DNA of 27,175 bases from positions 1 through 27,175 of IMG/VR virus record IMGVR_UViG_3300031689_000044; one strand, 5' to 3'. A model generated the notes under the pieces. It searched no databases and was not told the origin of the DNA. It worked only from the letters and a program-made list of their open reading frames with translations. This DNA comes from a virus (taxonomy: Duplodnaviria > Caudoviricetes). The position numbers were made by a program, and so were the translations under genes. This document shows, piece by piece, positions 26,385 to 27,175 of this stretch; within the stretch, counting starts at the first letter, position 1; each line of letters opens with the position of its first letter.

Positions 26385-26819
26385 TTATTTACGAGCTACA
26401 ATTGATTGACCGAAGTACATACCAACCACTGATGTGATTGCATGTGGTAGCCACACGGGGGTGACCATACCGTTCAATGATACATACTCAGTGACTGTGT
26501 CTTTAAAGTCAAAGAATAGGAAACTGAAGCCTGATGTGACATCCACTGGGACTACTGTGTTGAACCCCAGTAACGGTGCCAGTAGTATGAACATAGCCAT
26601 ACTCATGAATGAGATTACAAGGAACCTGCGTATCCATTGGGCATTAGGTGTTTGATGTGCACGAGCACTGTCAACACTCTTCTCAGATGCGTCAAAGCGT
26701 CCCATAAGTTGCTTCTGTTGTTCAGCCTTATCGGCTTGGGACTGCGACCACATCTTCATCGCAGCGCCACCTACAGTACTGCCCATCATGGTGACAGCTT
26801 CCATTGGTAATCCAAACAT
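26385..26819 (-). CDS. Membrane protein, putative holin (GTA-holin-like, 144 aa)
   Basis: WIRR followed by a TM segment, and a final TM ending VVGMYFGQS; strong AAGGAGAGG SD. Confidence 0.6.
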   Translation of the reverse strand: MFGLPMEAVTMMGSTVGGAAMKMWSQSQADKAEQQKQLMGRFDASEKSVDSARAHQTPNAQWIRRFLVISFMSMAMFILLAPLLGFNTVVPVDVTSGFSFLFFDFKDTVTEYVSLNGMVTPVWLPHAITSVVGMYFGQSIVARK

Positions 26820-26823
26820 ATCG

Positions 26824-26907
26824 TTACCTCTCCTTCTTACAATTCCTACATACCCTTGAGCCCTTGGCTACGTTGTATGAGTTACATATGGTACATCGTG
26901 GGGTCAT
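26824..26907 (-). CDS. 27-aa CxxC-x11-CxxC micro zinc-finger protein (MTPRCTICNSYNVAKGSRVCRNCKKER), not in the ORF track
   Basis: TAATG coupling to the upstream gene; fills the intergenic gap exactly; has two CxxC pairs. Confidence 0.62.
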   Translation of the reverse strand: MTPRCTICNSYNVAKGSRVCRNCKKER

Positions 26908-27128
26908 TACTGCTTACCCATTATGTACGCACCTAGGCCACCAAGGAGTGCTGCCAGTGCTAATGCACCTGCTGCCATACCTTTGCCCTTGGCTAACTGA
27001 ATCTCCTGTTCAGCTAGTCTTGTGTTTAGTTGATCCACAGATACAGTGAGTACCTCTAGATCTTTAGTTAGTTGAGTTACTGCGTGTACTAATTGTCCAG
27101 CTTCGAAGTCCGGCATTCCTGACATCAT
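26907..27128 (-). CDS. Coiled-coil protein with C-terminal TM helix (XhlA-like lysis accessory, 73 aa)
   Basis: Heptad segment followed by GMAAGALALAALLGGLGAYI; AAGGAG SD. Confidence 0.6.
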   Translation of the reverse strand: MMSGMPDFEAGQLVHAVTQLTKDLEVLTVSVDQLNTRLAEQEIQLAKGKGMAAGALALAALLGGLGAYIMGKQ

Positions 27129-27139
27129 TGTAACTCCTT

Positions 27140-27175
27140 TTAGTTGGCTAGTGGATTATCCAGAGCTCTTTGCAA
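27140..27175 (-). CDS. C-terminal end of an upstream gene (..LQRALDNPLAN*)
   Basis: Open frame from the right edge to TAA at 27142-27140, immediately followed by the next gene's SD. Confidence 0.5.
   Translation of the reverse strand: MQRALDNPLAN

Noticed and set aside
7414-27049. Many plus-strand ORFs of 60-210 aa inside the virion block (e.g. 16006-16638, 18049-18618, 26804-27049)
   Set aside because: They are antisense to long coding genes and explained by codon bias and Ala/Gly-rich sequence.
1-27175. Repeated phage-RNAP promoter consensus
   Set aside because: Intergenic gaps are mostly under 20 nt and no recurring approximately 20-bp motif was seen by eye; promoters probably lie outside the window, and a motif search on the whole genome is needed.

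Overview
Fragment of a dsDNA tailed-phage genome, most likely a podovirus of a Gram-negative host (standard genetic code, very dense coding). The left 6.1 kb (+ strand) is a T7-like replication/transcription block: 5'-3' exonuclease, GIY-YIG nuclease, gp4-like primase-helicase, a short single-subunit T7-family RNA polymerase, a MazG-like pyrophosphohydrolase and small ORFs. The right 21 kb (- strand) is a virion block: holin-like genes, a tail hub protein, three linked tail-fibre genes, a fibre chaperone, a GNAT protein and a cysteine-free run of internal (ejected) proteins. The two blocks converge on back-to-back terminators at about 6110-6201. Three signals stand out. (1) The last 'structural' gene (1268 aa) is a second, highly divergent single-subunit RNA polymerase with N4 virion-RNAP-type motifs, so this looks like a two-RNAP phage with a stand-alone mini-vRNAP. 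(2) The adjacent 1440-aa gp16-like ejection protein starts with a staphylococcal-nuclease domain that keeps its catalytic residues. (3) The tail-fibre genes appear to split Ig-like domains across gene boundaries. All family calls come from motif reading by eye; no searches were run.
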